A DNA stretch of 64,000 nucleotides from NCBI GenBank assembly GCA_947056845.1, contig CAMSCJ010000009.1:554-64553 (forward strand), written 5' to 3'. Positions 1 to 9,182 of this stretch are shown here, in pieces. Source of the stretch: an uncultured Mycoplasmatota bacterium. Lineage in GTDB: Bacteria > Bacillota_I > Bacilli_A > RF39 > UBA660. The position numbers were made by a program, and so were the translations under genes. Within the stretch, counting starts at the first letter, position 1; every line of letters begins with the position of its first letter. The notes under the pieces were generated by a model, which was not told the origin of the DNA, ran no database searches, and saw nothing but the letters and a program-made list of their open reading frames with translations.

Positions 1-135
1 CAATAGCAATCCAGCCTTTGTCTCTCTATGTAAAGCAGAAATCGTTAATATTTAGATTAGTGTTGTTTTGAATTATATATTTTTGAACTAATTTATATAG
101 GGATAATAAAAAAATCGACTTATAAATCGATTTTT

Positions 136-1107
136 TTATTTGTAACTTGAAATTGTATCATCATAAACTTTTTTTAGGTCACTATCAATAATATTTAAAT
201 TATATTTTTTTCTTATATCAGCCCAATATTTAGCACTTAAATTTTTATCGTTTTGTAATTTGTCTTCAACTAATGTTGTTAAAATATCATCTTTAGTATC
301 ATCTAGGCTAGGTCTTTCATTTTGACTAACTCTTAAAATAATATGATATCCAAATGAACTTTTAACAGGCTCTTGTGTATATTCTCCATCTTTTAATTCA
401 GCTGATGCATTCCAAAATTCTGGAACAACACTATTTTCTCCAACTTTTGTAAAGTCTTTAATTAAGCCTCCTTCACTAGCTGAACCAGTATCAGCTGAGT
501 GTTCTTTAGCTAAATCTTCAAAATTAGCACCATCATTTAATTGATTAATCAAGCCCTTAGCGTAGTTTAAAGCTTCTTCTTCTTTAGATTTTTTTTCTTC
601 ATCATTCATAGTACTAGTTATTTCTGGTTTTATTAAAATATGTTTAGCTGTAATCTCACCAAAAATATTTTCATCATAGTATTTTTGAATTTCTGAATCT
701 TCAATTTGTTCTTTAGCATAATTTTCTACAACTTTATCCTTTTTATATTGTAATATTATTTCATCTAATAATTTTTCTTCAGATTCGTATCCAGCTTGTT
801 TCATGGCTGTATCAAAATCCATTTGATATAGCTCATATTGATACTTTAAGTTTTCAAGTTCTGTTTTTGCAAATTCTTTAGCTTTATCATCTGTTTCAAT
901 TTCTTCGTTAGCTATATGGTTATCAATCATATTTACTAGGAATGATGTTCCTGAAGAATTTTTAAGGTCATTATAAAGCTCATTAGCGGTAAAACTTTTT
1001 CCATCAATCTCAGCTATGACTTCTTCACCATTTTCTAATTTTGGTATTTTACCACAACCTGTTAATAATAAAGAACAGGTAATAATAGTTAATAATTTTT
1101 TTTTCAT
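136..1107 (-). CDS. prsA: PrsA-type foldase lipoprotein (parvulin PPIase)
   Basis: Lipobox LLLTGCGK follows a signal peptide. A parvulin motif (FGYHIILRV) is present. The second ATG (MKKK) is preferred because GGAAGGAG lies 6 nt upstream of it on the minus strand, while the ORF-track start is a TTG. Confidence 0.8.
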   Translation of the reverse strand: MKKKLLTIITCSLLLTGCGKIPKLENGEEVIAEIDGKSFTANELYNDLKNSSGTSFLVNMIDNHIANEEIETDDKAKEFAKTELENLKYQYELYQMDFDTAMKQAGYESEEKLLDEIILQYKKDKVVENYAKEQIEDSEIQKYYDENIFGEITAKHILIKPEITSTMNDEEKKSKEEEALNYAKGLINQLNDGANFEDLAKEHSADTGSASEGGLIKDFTKVGENSVVPEFWNASAELKDGEYTQEPVKSSFGYHIILRVSQNERPSLDDTKDDILTTLVEDKLQNDKNLSAKYWADIRKKYNLNIIDSDLKKVYDDTISSYK

Positions 1108-1268
1108 TTTGTCTCCTTCCAATTTGTAATATTATAATTTAAATGCTTAAGCTTACATTTATATGATAACAAAAATAATAAAAAAATACAATAATTAGTT
1201 GTAAGTATTCACACAATTTTCAAAATTCCATACAATAATGTGAAAAGACAAAAAAGGAGGAATGAACT

Positions 1269-1352
1269 ATGTGTAATACAGGAGTTTCTGGAGCTGCTAT
1301 CGTTTTAGTATTATTTATACTTTTAATTATTATACTTGGGGCATACATTTAA
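1269..1352 (+). CDS. Tiny single-TM protein, YjcZ/TIGR01732-like (27 aa: MCNTGVSGAAIVLVLFILLIIILGAYI)
   Basis: SD GGAGG is about 7 nt upstream of the ATG. The hydrophobic core resembles the tiny TM proteins found in tandem in sporeforming bacilli. The ORF is below the track size cut-off. Confidence 0.45.
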   Translation: MCNTGVSGAAIVLVLFILLIIILGAYI

Positions 1353-1375
1353 GCCTAAAATAGGAGGTGATATAA

Positions 1376-1519
1376 GTGGCCTGTCAAAATTCTCATCAAT
1401 GTAATACTAATTGTAACAAGCGAAATTCATCAACTAACCAAGTTTCAAATTATTGGATTGTAATTATTTTATATATTTTACTTGCTATTATTATTGGATC
1501 TTTTGTTAGTTGGTATTAA
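1376..1519 (+). CDS. Second tiny TM protein (47 aa, GTG start), tandem paralog-like
   Basis: AGGAGGTGA lies 6 nt upstream of a GTG start. The C-terminus is hydrophobic (YWIVIILYILLAIIIGSFVSWY). A terminator follows directly. Confidence 0.4.
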   Translation: MACQNSHQCNTNCNKRNSSTNQVSNYWIVIILYILLAIIIGSFVSWY

Positions 1520-1542
1520 AAGAGGTGAACCTCTTTTTTTCT
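1520..1542 (+). terminator. Rho-independent terminator (AGAGG-tgaa-CCTCT plus T7)
   Basis: Hairpin and T-run are visible in the sequence. Confidence 0.6.
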
Positions 1543-1622
1543 TACAATAAACTATATGTGAAGAATACAATCTTAATGCGAGGTTTTATTGTAAAATACT
1601 AAAATTTTTGCTATTAAAGTAT

Positions 1623-1690
1623 TTACAAGATGGGGATAAAAGAGTAAAATAGTGGTGTACAGTGGTTAAAAGTGGATAAAAGTGGGTGAT
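1623..1690 (+). promoter_or_regulatory. mraZ promoter region with phased AGTGG direct repeats (putative MraZ operator)
   Basis: A candidate -35 TTACAA (1623-1628) and -10 TAAAAT (1645-1650) are present. AGTGG (or AGAGT) recurs at 1641, 1651, 1661, 1671 and 1681 with exact 10-bp spacing. This matches the known MraZ autoregulatory GTGG[GT] repeat arrays. The last repeat overlaps the mraZ SD. Confidence 0.55.
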
Positions 1691-1693
1691 TTT

Positions 1694-2128
1694 ATGCTAA
1701 TGGGTGAGTATCATCATACAATTGATGAAAAAGGTCGATTAACAATTCCATCCAAAATTCGATATGAATTGGGCGAGGGTTTTGTTGTTACAAGAGGCTT
1801 AGATAAATGTTTATCTATTTATCCTAAAGAAGAGTGGGATAATATTATTAGAAAGTATAAAGAATTACCACAAACTAAGGATGTTCGAAATTTTATGAGA
1901 ATTTTTTTATCGGGAGCTACCACTTTAGAATTTGATAAACAAGGTCGAATTAATATTCCATCCCCACTTGTTACTTTTGCTAATTTAAAAAAAGATTGCA
2001 TTATTATAGGTGTTAATGATCGATTAGAAGTATGGAGTCACGAAAATTGGCAAGAATTTATTAATACTAATGAAGATAATTTATCTGATATAGCCGATAA
2101 TCTATTTGCAACAAACATTAATATTTAA
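1694..2128 (+). CDS. mraZ: Transcriptional regulator MraZ
   Basis: The product begins MLMGEYHHTIDEKGRLTIP and carries a duplicated MraZ fold motif (GRINIP). It sits at the head of mraZ-rsmH-ftsL-pbp. The ATG at 1694 is preferred over the GTG at 1682. Confidence 0.9.
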   Translation: MLMGEYHHTIDEKGRLTIPSKIRYELGEGFVVTRGLDKCLSIYPKEEWDNIIRKYKELPQTKDVRNFMRIFLSGATTLEFDKQGRINIPSPLVTFANLKKDCIIIGVNDRLEVWSHENWQEFINTNEDNLSDIADNLFATNINI

Positions 2129-2139
2129 GGGGTGACTTC

Positions 2140-3063
2140 ATGCATAAGAGTGTTTTACTAGATAGCTGTTTAGAATATTTGAATTTACAAGAAAATAGTA
2201 TTATCGTTGATTGTACTTTGGGGTATGGTGGGCATAGTAGTAAAATACTTGAAAAAGTAAAGAAGGGTTTTTTATATTGTTTTGACCAAGATGTTGAGGC
2301 AATTAATTATAGTAAAGAACGATTTTCGAATATTGCTTCAAATTTTGAAATTATTAAAAGTAATTTTGTAAATTTAAAGGATGAGTTAAATAGGCGAAAT
2401 ATTTATAAGGTTGATGGTGTTTTATTTGATCTGGGTGTATCATCACCACAATTAGATACAGATTATCGTGGTTTTAGTTTTCATAAAGATGCTCCATTAG
2501 ATATGCGTATGGATTTAAATAATGAATTATCAGCTTTTCATGTGGTTAATGAATATTCTTGTGAAGATTTAGTACGTATTTTTCGCGACTATGGGGAAGA
2601 AAAGTATGCAGTACCAATAGCTAAAAAAATTATTGATTATCGTCAAAATAAGAATATTTCAACGACTTTAGAATTGGTAGAAATAATTAAAAGCGCTGTT
2701 CCTGAAAAATATAAACGTGAAAAGCATCCAGCTAGAAAGATTTTTCAGGCTATTAGAATTGAGGTTAATGATGAATTAAATGTTTTTGAGCAGTCTTTAA
2801 TTGCTGCTTTAAAAATGTTAAAGGTTGGAGGCCGTATTTGTGTAATTACATTTCATTCATTAGAAGATAAAATTTGTAAAAGGATTTTTAAAGAGAGTAG
2901 TACAGTTGATAAAGCAATAAGTAAAATGCCCATAATACCTTTACAATATCAACCTAAATTTAAGGTAATAGCTAGTATTACGCCAGATAATAATGAATTA
3001 ATTGAGAATAACCGAAGTCGAAGTGCTAAATTAAGAGTTATAGAAAGAATAAAAGAGGGATAA
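2140..3063 (+). CDS. rsmH: 16S rRNA m4C1402 methyltransferase RsmH (MraW)
   Basis: Motifs DCTLGYGGHS and DLGVSSPQLD are present. GGGGTGA SD. Conserved dcw position. Confidence 0.95.
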   Translation: MHKSVLLDSCLEYLNLQENSIIVDCTLGYGGHSSKILEKVKKGFLYCFDQDVEAINYSKERFSNIASNFEIIKSNFVNLKDELNRRNIYKVDGVLFDLGVSSPQLDTDYRGFSFHKDAPLDMRMDLNNELSAFHVVNEYSCEDLVRIFRDYGEEKYAVPIAKKIIDYRQNKNISTTLELVEIIKSAVPEKYKREKHPARKIFQAIRIEVNDELNVFEQSLIAALKMLKVGGRICVITFHSLEDKICKRIFKESSTVDKAISKMPIIPLQYQPKFKVIASITPDNNELIENNRSRSAKLRVIERIKEG

Positions 3064-3064
3064 T

Positions 3065-3361
3065 ATGAAAAAGAAGAAAGTAAGAAAAATGAAAATTACA
3101 AAATTTGAAAAATTGTTATATATGACAGCTTTTTTGTGTTTAATTTCGACAATGGTTTTTAAAATATTTTGTGGAGCTAGTGTAGGCCATTTAAGCATGA
3201 GTGTTGAAAAGTTAAAATTTGATATTAGTGAACAAGAAAAGAAAATTGAGAGTTTGAACATGCAGGTTAACGAATTAACGTCTTTTACTGAAGTTCAGGA
3301 TGTTGTTAAAAATATGGGTTTATCATATAACAATCAAAATGTCATCATTATTAATGAATAA
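3065..3361 (+). CDS. ftsL: Cell division protein FtsL-like (small bitopic coiled-coil)
   Basis: 98 aa with one TM helix followed by a coiled coil. Lies between rsmH and the PBP gene. Confidence 0.6.
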   Translation: MKKKKVRKMKITKFEKLLYMTAFLCLISTMVFKIFCGASVGHLSMSVEKLKFDISEQEKKIESLNMQVNELTSFTEVQDVVKNMGLSYNNQNVIIINE

Positions 3362-3377
3362 ATAGAGGTGTTTAATT

Positions 3378-5591
3378 ATGAAAACAAATAAAATGAAAAG
3401 TAAACATTGGCTTTTTCCTAAAAGAGTTTTTATTTGTTTTCTTTTTTTAATGTTTATTTTATTTGTTCAATTATGCTATTTGGCTTTATCCCCTAATATT
3501 TATGGTATTAATATGAAAGAATTTTCAGCTAATCGAAATACAGTTACAAATGTTTTAAAGTCTAATCGCGGAACTATTTATGATTCTTTAGGAAATACGT
3601 TAGCTTCTAATGTTACATCTTATACTGTTATTGCTTATGTTAATCCTAATGTGACAGGTAATTCTAAAGTTCAAAAACATGTTACAGATGTTATTACAAC
3701 AGCTGAAGCTCTTTCTCCTATTTTGGATATGGATGTTGAAGTTATAAAAAAACTTTTAAATGATGCGATTAATAAAAATGCTTGGCAAGTAGAATTGGGT
3801 CCAGGTGGAAGAAATATTACGGAATTAAAAAAGGAAGAAATCGAGTCTTTAGGTTTACCTGGCATTGATTTTGTTGAGTCAACCAAAAGGTATTATCCTA
3901 ATGGTGATTTTGCTTCATATATAATTGGCTATGTACGACGCTATGAGCAAGAGGTTAATGAGGATGGTATTGATAAATTACAATATAATTTAGTTGGTGA
4001 AATGGGAATAGAATCACGCTATAATAAAGAACTTAGTGGTAGAGATGGCTCATTAACTTATCAAAGAGATTTATCTGGTTATAAAATCCCAGATACACCG
4101 GAGATACTTGATCCTGCAATCGATGGGAATGATATTTATTTAACAATTGATTCTAATATTCAAAGATTTGTTGAATCATCTGTTAAAGAGGTGATGGAGA
4201 ATAATAATCCTGAGTGGATGACATTAACAGTTATGAATGCTAAAACAGGTGAAATTTTAGGTACTTCAGCAACACCATCTTTTGATCCAAATATTAAGAA
4301 TATTACTAATTATGAAAATCCGCTCATATCAACTACTTATGAACCAGGTTCAACTATGAAAATATATACCTATATGTGTGCGATGGAGACAGGGTTATAT
4401 AATGGTGAAGATTTATATCAATCTGGTAGTATTCGATTTACTGATGACGTAGTTAAGGATTGGAATGTTTGGGGATGGGGTAAAATTAGTTATGATAAAG
4501 GTTTTGAATATTCTAGTAATGTAGCTGTTTCGACTTTGATGCAAACAATTTTAGATAAACAAAAATTGCGCTCATGTTTAGAAAGCTATGGTTTTGGAGA
4601 ACAAACTGGGATTGAACTTTCTAATGAGGCGGCCGGAAATATATCATCATTTAATTATCCAATTGAGGTCGCTAATGCCTCATTTGGTCAAGGAATTACC
4701 ATTACAGCTATTCAACAATTGCAAGCATTAACGATTATTTCTAATAATGGTAAAATGCTGAAACCACATATTGTAAAAAAAATTGTTGATAGTAGTACTG
4801 GAGAAACTTTATTTGAAACAAAAGTTGAAGAAAGTGAACAGCTTGTTAGCGAGGAAACGATAAAAAAAATAAAAAAATTAATGTATAATGTTATTAATAG
4901 TGATGATCCTGTAGCTACAGGTAAAAATTATAAAATTAATGGTTTAGATGTTATAGGTAAAACTGGAACAGCTCAAATTTATGATAATACTTTAGGGCGA
5001 TATTTAGATGGAGAAAATGACTATATCTTTTCATTTGCTGGAATGTATCCGTATGATGATCCTCAAATAATTGTTTATGCAACGATGAAGAAACCTAGTA
5101 ATGGTGCTAGTAGTGGATTAGTAGCAGCTTCAAAATCAGTTATGGAGAGTGTAGCTAAGTTTAAAAATATTTTTAACGATAAAAGTAATATTGAAGTAGT
5201 TGATACACTTGAAATCGAAAATTATAATAATATGTTATTAGATGATGTTGTGAATGATTTGTCAAAACATGGCTTTAATTTGGTAATTATTGGAGATGGT
5301 AAAAAGGTTGTTGATCAATATCCTAAACCCAATACCACAATGATTACTGGTGATAAAATTTATTTAATAACAAATGGTCAAAATATAGTATTGCCAGATA
5401 TGTTAGGATGGGCTTTAGCCGATGTTCAAAAGTTCTTCGAATTAACAAAATTTAATTATACATTTGAAGGATTTGGATATGTCTATGAGCAATCAATTGC
5501 TAAAGATACGGTTTTAACTAATGAAATGACTGTTGATTTAAAATTAAGGGATAAGTTTTTTGATAAGCAGGAAAATGCAAATACTGAGTAG
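3378..5591 (+). CDS. pbpB: Class B penicillin-binding protein with C-terminal PASTA domains (PBP2B/FtsI-like)
   Basis: N-terminal TM anchor, a transpeptidase domain (STMK, SSN, KTGTA motifs) and two PASTA-like repeats. Confidence 0.9.
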   Translation: MKTNKMKSKHWLFPKRVFICFLFLMFILFVQLCYLALSPNIYGINMKEFSANRNTVTNVLKSNRGTIYDSLGNTLASNVTSYTVIAYVNPNVTGNSKVQKHVTDVITTAEALSPILDMDVEVIKKLLNDAINKNAWQVELGPGGRNITELKKEEIESLGLPGIDFVESTKRYYPNGDFASYIIGYVRRYEQEVNEDGIDKLQYNLVGEMGIESRYNKELSGRDGSLTYQRDLSGYKIPDTPEILDPAIDGNDIYLTIDSNIQRFVESSVKEVMENNNPEWMTLTVMNAKTGEILGTSATPSFDPNIKNITNYENPLISTTYEPGSTMKIYTYMCAMETGLYNGEDLYQSGSIRFTDDVVKDWNVWGWGKISYDKGFEYSSNVAVSTLMQTILDKQKLRSCLESYGFGEQTGIELSNEAAGNISSFNYPIEVANASFGQGITITAIQQLQALTIISNNGKMLKPHIVKKIVDSSTGETLFETKVEESEQLVSEETIKKIKKLMYNVINSDDPVATGKNYKINGLDVIGKTGTAQIYDNTLGRYLDGENDYIFSFAGMYPYDDPQIIVYATMKKPSNGASSGLVAASKSVMESVAKFKNIFNDKSNIEVVDTLEIENYNNMLLDDVVNDLSKHGFNLVIIGDGKKVVDQYPKPNTTMITGDKIYLITNGQNIVLPDMLGWALADVQKFFELTKFNYTFEGFGYVYEQSIAKDTVLTNEMTVDLKLRDKFFDKQENANTE

Positions 5592-5662
5592 TTGTCAGTA
5601 TTTTTCTTGTTTGCCTAACTATTATTGTTATACAATTTTTTTAATTTTTATGGGGTGAGATT

Positions 5663-6193
5663 ATGCGAATAATATTTATTTCTGATATTCATGGAATAAC
5701 TAAAAATTTAGATTATATAAAGAAAACTTTTGATATTTTAAATTGCGACAGAATAGTTGTTTTAGGTGATTTATTTAATGGTCCTTCTATTTTAGAAGAT
5801 TATAATTCTTTATATGTTTTAGAATTTTTAAATAGTTTTAAAGATAAACTAATTTGTATGCGAGGTAATTGTGATACTAATAGCGATTTAAAAAAGTGCG
5901 ATTTTAGCATTTATGATGGCTTATTTAAAATAAAAATAGATAATTATAATTTTTATTTTAATCATGGTAATAGTTATAATTATGATAATTTAGGCGATAT
6001 TAATGAAGGCGTTTTAATATACGGTCATGAGCATAAGCCATATATTCGAAAAAAAGGTAATGTTTTGTGTATAAACCCAGGTTCTATTTCTTTACCAAGA
6101 GGAAATTTTATGGAAAGCTATTTATTATATGACAATGGTAAATTTAGTATATATGAGATTAACAATAATTTAGTTTGTGAATATTTATTGTAA
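5663..6193 (+). CDS. Metallophosphoesterase (YfcE/MPP family)
   Basis: Motifs DIHG, GDLFNGP, GNCD and GHEHKP. Confidence 0.8.
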   Translation: MRIIFISDIHGITKNLDYIKKTFDILNCDRIVVLGDLFNGPSILEDYNSLYVLEFLNSFKDKLICMRGNCDTNSDLKKCDFSIYDGLFKIKIDNYNFYFNHGNSYNYDNLGDINEGVLIYGHEHKPYIRKKGNVLCINPGSISLPRGNFMESYLLYDNGKFSIYEINNNLVCEYLL

Positions 6194-6267
6194 ATTCATA
6201 CAAAGTATATTGTTTTAATTGTAGTTTTTTAGTAAGATTAATATGTCTTATTTTTATAAGATGAAAT

Positions 6268-6341
6268 GTCCTGCTAGCTTAATTGGATAGAGCAACTCTC
6301 CAACTAAGAGGTAGATAGGGGTTCGATTCCCCTGCGGGATA
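6268..6341 (+). tRNA. tRNA gene with canonical T-arm but atypical anticodon loop (CCAACUA); isotype uncertain
   Basis: The acceptor stem GUCCUGC/GCGGGAU has two G-U pairs. D-arm is GCTT-AATTGGATA-GAGC. T-arm is AGGGG-TTCGATT-CCCCT. A T7 run follows the discriminator base. The anticodon stem CUCU/AGAG leaves a loop with C33 and U37, so the anticodon cannot be read with confidence. Confidence 0.55.
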
Positions 6342-6425
6342 TTTTTTTGTGATTTTAAAAAAATTATTTTAAATTTGTTTCTAAAAAACTTAATTTATGA
6401 TATAGTTAATTAGAGGTAGATGATA

Positions 6426-7472
6426 ATGGCTAATGTAATAAACGAAAAATGTCCAACATGCAATGCACCACTTAAATATGATGCTAAAAAAGATCAATTT
6501 AAGTGTGAATACTGTGCTAATGTATATTCATTAGAAGATTTAGAAAAGTATAAGAAAAAGAACGAAAAATTTAAAATTTTAGAAAAAATGTCTGATATGG
6601 ATGGATATAGATGTTCTAGTTGTGGAGCCGAAATTATAACAGGCGATAATGTGGCATCAACATCTTGTGTTTATTGTAAAAATACAGCGCTTATAAAAGA
6701 GCGATTAACAGGGCTATATGCCCCAAGTAAAATTATAACTTTTAAATATAATAAAGACGACGCTATTAATGCTTTTAAGAAAAAATGTAAGGGTAGATTA
6801 CTTCTTCCTAGTCAATTTAATGATATTAAAAATATTCAAGAGATGGAGGGACTTTATGTACCATTTTGGCTATACGATTGTAACAATGATGCTAGTTTAA
6901 CGGCAAAATGTACTAAGGTTAAGTCTTGGTCAGATTCTAGGTATGTTTATACCAAAACAGATACTTATAATGTATCACGTTCTGGAGATTTAAATTTTGT
7001 TAAAGTACCAGCTGATGGCTCTAGTCGTTTTGATGATACGATAATGAGTGCGATTGAGCCATTTAATTATGATGAATTTAAAAATTTTAATATGTCGTAT
7101 TTGTCGGGTTATATTTCTGAAAAATATGATGTTGATAAAGATGCAGCTTATAATGTAACTATGAATAGAATAAAAGAAGATTCAAAACGTTATTTATTGG
7201 ATAGTATTGTTGGTTATACAACCAAAGTGATTAATTCTAATAATGATGATATTAAATTAAATAATACTGATTATGTATTGTTACCTGTTTGGGTATTGAA
7301 TATAAAATTTAAAGAAAAAATTTATCATTTTGCTTATAATGGTCAAACTGGAAAAATGGTTGGAGAAATACCTGTTGATAAGAAAAAATTATTATTAACA
7401 ATTATTATTAGCTTTATAGTACCTTTTATTATTATATTACTTATTTTTGTTTCTCAAGGATATAGGTGGTAA
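6426..7472 (+). CDS. Double zinc-ribbon protein with C-terminal TM anchor (unknown function)
   Basis: Two CxxC...CxxC pairs at the N-terminus, a roughly 220-aa middle domain, and a C-terminal TM helix. The ATG at 6426 fits the GAGGT SD spacing best. Confidence 0.7.
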   Translation: MANVINEKCPTCNAPLKYDAKKDQFKCEYCANVYSLEDLEKYKKKNEKFKILEKMSDMDGYRCSSCGAEIITGDNVASTSCVYCKNTALIKERLTGLYAPSKIITFKYNKDDAINAFKKKCKGRLLLPSQFNDIKNIQEMEGLYVPFWLYDCNNDASLTAKCTKVKSWSDSRYVYTKTDTYNVSRSGDLNFVKVPADGSSRFDDTIMSAIEPFNYDEFKNFNMSYLSGYISEKYDVDKDAAYNVTMNRIKEDSKRYLLDSIVGYTTKVINSNNDDIKLNNTDYVLLPVWVLNIKFKEKIYHFAYNGQTGKMVGEIPVDKKKLLLTIIISFIVPFIIILLIFVSQGYRW

Positions 7473-7473
7473 T

Positions 7474-8370
7474 ATGAAGAAGTTTTTAATATTTTTTATA
7501 ACTTTATTTTGTAGTATTCAAAATGTCGGGGCAATGGTAACTACTTATGAAAGAACAACCGATGACTATTTAGTTCCTGATTCAATTAATATTACTTCTA
7601 GTAATAGAAATGCTATTTTAAAAACGCCAGCTGTTAATGAAAATGAAAAAGTTTACGATTTTGCCAATTTACTTGATGATAGTGAAGAAGATCAATTATA
7701 TAATAAAATTAATAATTATATTGAAACGAGTAAATATGATTTAGTAATTGTTACAATTAATGATAATAATAAGTATAGTGCTACAGAGTATGCTGACGAT
7801 TTCTTTGATTATAATAATTTTGGGTTTGGAACTAGTCGCGATGGTCTTTTGATTCTAATTGATATGGATACACGAGTGATATGGATATCGACTAGTGGTA
7901 TGGCTATAAAGATGTATGATGATTCAAGGATTGATAGTATTATTGATGCAGGTTATTATTATTTAAAAAATCAGGAATATTATGAATGTTTAACAAGAGT
8001 GATAGATAAAATAAATAATTATTTTTTATCTGGTTATCCAAGTAGTAATAGTAATTTATTTATTGATGAAGATGGAAATCCTTACTATATTAAAAAGATT
8101 CCTTATGTAATGGTATTATTAATGTCTGGTGCTATATGCGCCATTACATCATTAATTTTATATTTTAAAACATCCTCGAAGATTAAAAAACAGAATACCG
8201 TTACTTATATTAACCCTAATATGACTAATATAATTAAGAATGATCAATTTGTTACAACTTATACATCACGTGTTAGAATTCAATCTAGTTCTAGTGGTTC
8301 AGGTGGTGGTAGTAGTTTTCATTCAAGTAGTAGTGGAAGAAGTCATGGTGGTGGAGGTCGAAGCTTTTGA
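7474..8370 (+). CDS. TPM-domain (TLP18.3/Psb32/MOLO-1 type) protein with C-terminal TM and Gly/Ser-rich tail
   Basis: Signal peptide. TPM signature (VYDFANLL...DLVIVTI...RDGLLILIDMDTRVIWISTSG). TM helix followed by an SSSGSGGGSS tail. Abuts the stop of the zinc-ribbon gene. Ends with a TGA stop. Confidence 0.8.
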   Translation: MKKFLIFFITLFCSIQNVGAMVTTYERTTDDYLVPDSINITSSNRNAILKTPAVNENEKVYDFANLLDDSEEDQLYNKINNYIETSKYDLVIVTINDNNKYSATEYADDFFDYNNFGFGTSRDGLLILIDMDTRVIWISTSGMAIKMYDDSRIDSIIDAGYYYLKNQEYYECLTRVIDKINNYFLSGYPSSNSNLFIDEDGNPYYIKKIPYVMVLLMSGAICAITSLILYFKTSSKIKKQNTVTYINPNMTNIIKNDQFVTTYTSRVRIQSSSSGSGGGSSFHSSSSGRSHGGGGRSF

Positions 8371-8397
8371 TCTTGGTTTTATTTAACCAAGATTTTT
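8371..8397 (+). terminator. Rho-independent terminator (TCTTGGTT-loop-AACCAAGA plus T6)
   Basis: Hairpin and T-run directly after the TPM gene stop. Confidence 0.6.
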
Positions 8398-8427
8398 TGC
8401 TTTTTATTATTTAAAATTATTATTATG

Positions 8428-8436
8428 TGATATAAT
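8428..8436 (+). promoter_or_regulatory. Extended -10 promoter (TGaTATAAT) for the membrane-LRR/rSAM operon
   Basis: A TGnTATAAT element lies about 18 nt upstream of the GGTGA SD of the 8454 gene. Confidence 0.45.
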
Positions 8437-8453
8437 TAAATTAGGTGAGTTGT

Positions 8454-9182
8454 ATGTACAATAAGTTATACTTTTTCTTGGTTATAGTTATATTTTGTTT
8501 TCCAATTATATTAGCCCTTTTTCCTTGGATATTAATATATTGGCTTCCTATCTTGGTTTTAATATTAGTTATTATTATCATTTTTAAAGTCAAAAAAATT
8601 GGGAATTTTAATAAATTTAGAAAAATTTTATTAGAGTATCCCAACAATGGTATTAATATTGATGAAATTATTAATTTAATTGCTAAAAATAAAGAAGATA
8701 ATTATATTAGTGTTATGATTGAAAAGGAGCTTATAAAAAATAATTATACGCGAAAAAACAATTTAAAGATAATTACCAAAAGAAAGTTTATTTTAACGAT
8801 TATTTTTTCTACTATTAATTTTTCCTTTTTAGTAGGTGTATTTTTTCATTTTCCAATTTATATTTATTTTTTAGAACTACTAAATATAATTTTATATATT
8901 GTATTTATGAAAAAAATTAATGTCATAAATGTTATCAAAAAAGAAATTAAATCAAGACCAACGGAAAATATTTCTTATATTATTTCTAGTATGCTAAATG
9001 GAAATATTGTTTATTCTTCGGGTAAATTTAAAAATTGTATTTTTATATTAGTTTCTATTGTATTACCACTTTTTATTTTCTTTAATCCGCATATTTTGTA
9101 TGAAAAAGTCGATGGTGGTTATTATGTTAGATTTTATACAATTGGTATAACAAATTATCAAACAGTTACTATTCCTGATTAA
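8454..9182 (+). CDS. Polytopic membrane protein; N-terminal portion of a membrane-anchored LRR protein interrupted by an in-frame TAA
   Basis: GGTGA SD 5 nt upstream of the ATG at 8454. Multiple TM helices. The last residues (YTIGITNYQTVTIPD) already follow the BspA-type LRR pattern, which continues in frame after the TAA at 9180-9182. Confidence 0.6.
   Translation: MYNKLYFFLVIVIFCFPIILALFPWILIYWLPILVLILVIIIIFKVKKIGNFNKFRKILLEYPNNGINIDEIINLIAKNKEDNYISVMIEKELIKNNYTRKNNLKIITKRKFILTIIFSTINFSFLVGVFFHFPIYIYFLELLNIILYIVFMKKINVINVIKKEIKSRPTENISYIISSMLNGNIVYSSGKFKNCIFILVSIVLPLFIFFNPHILYEKVDGGYYVRFYTIGITNYQTVTIPD

Noticed and set aside
6268-6341. tRNA encoded on the minus strand.
   Set aside because: The GGTTCGATTCC T-loop consensus and a 3' T-run are on the plus strand. 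The reverse complement does not fold into a cloverleaf.
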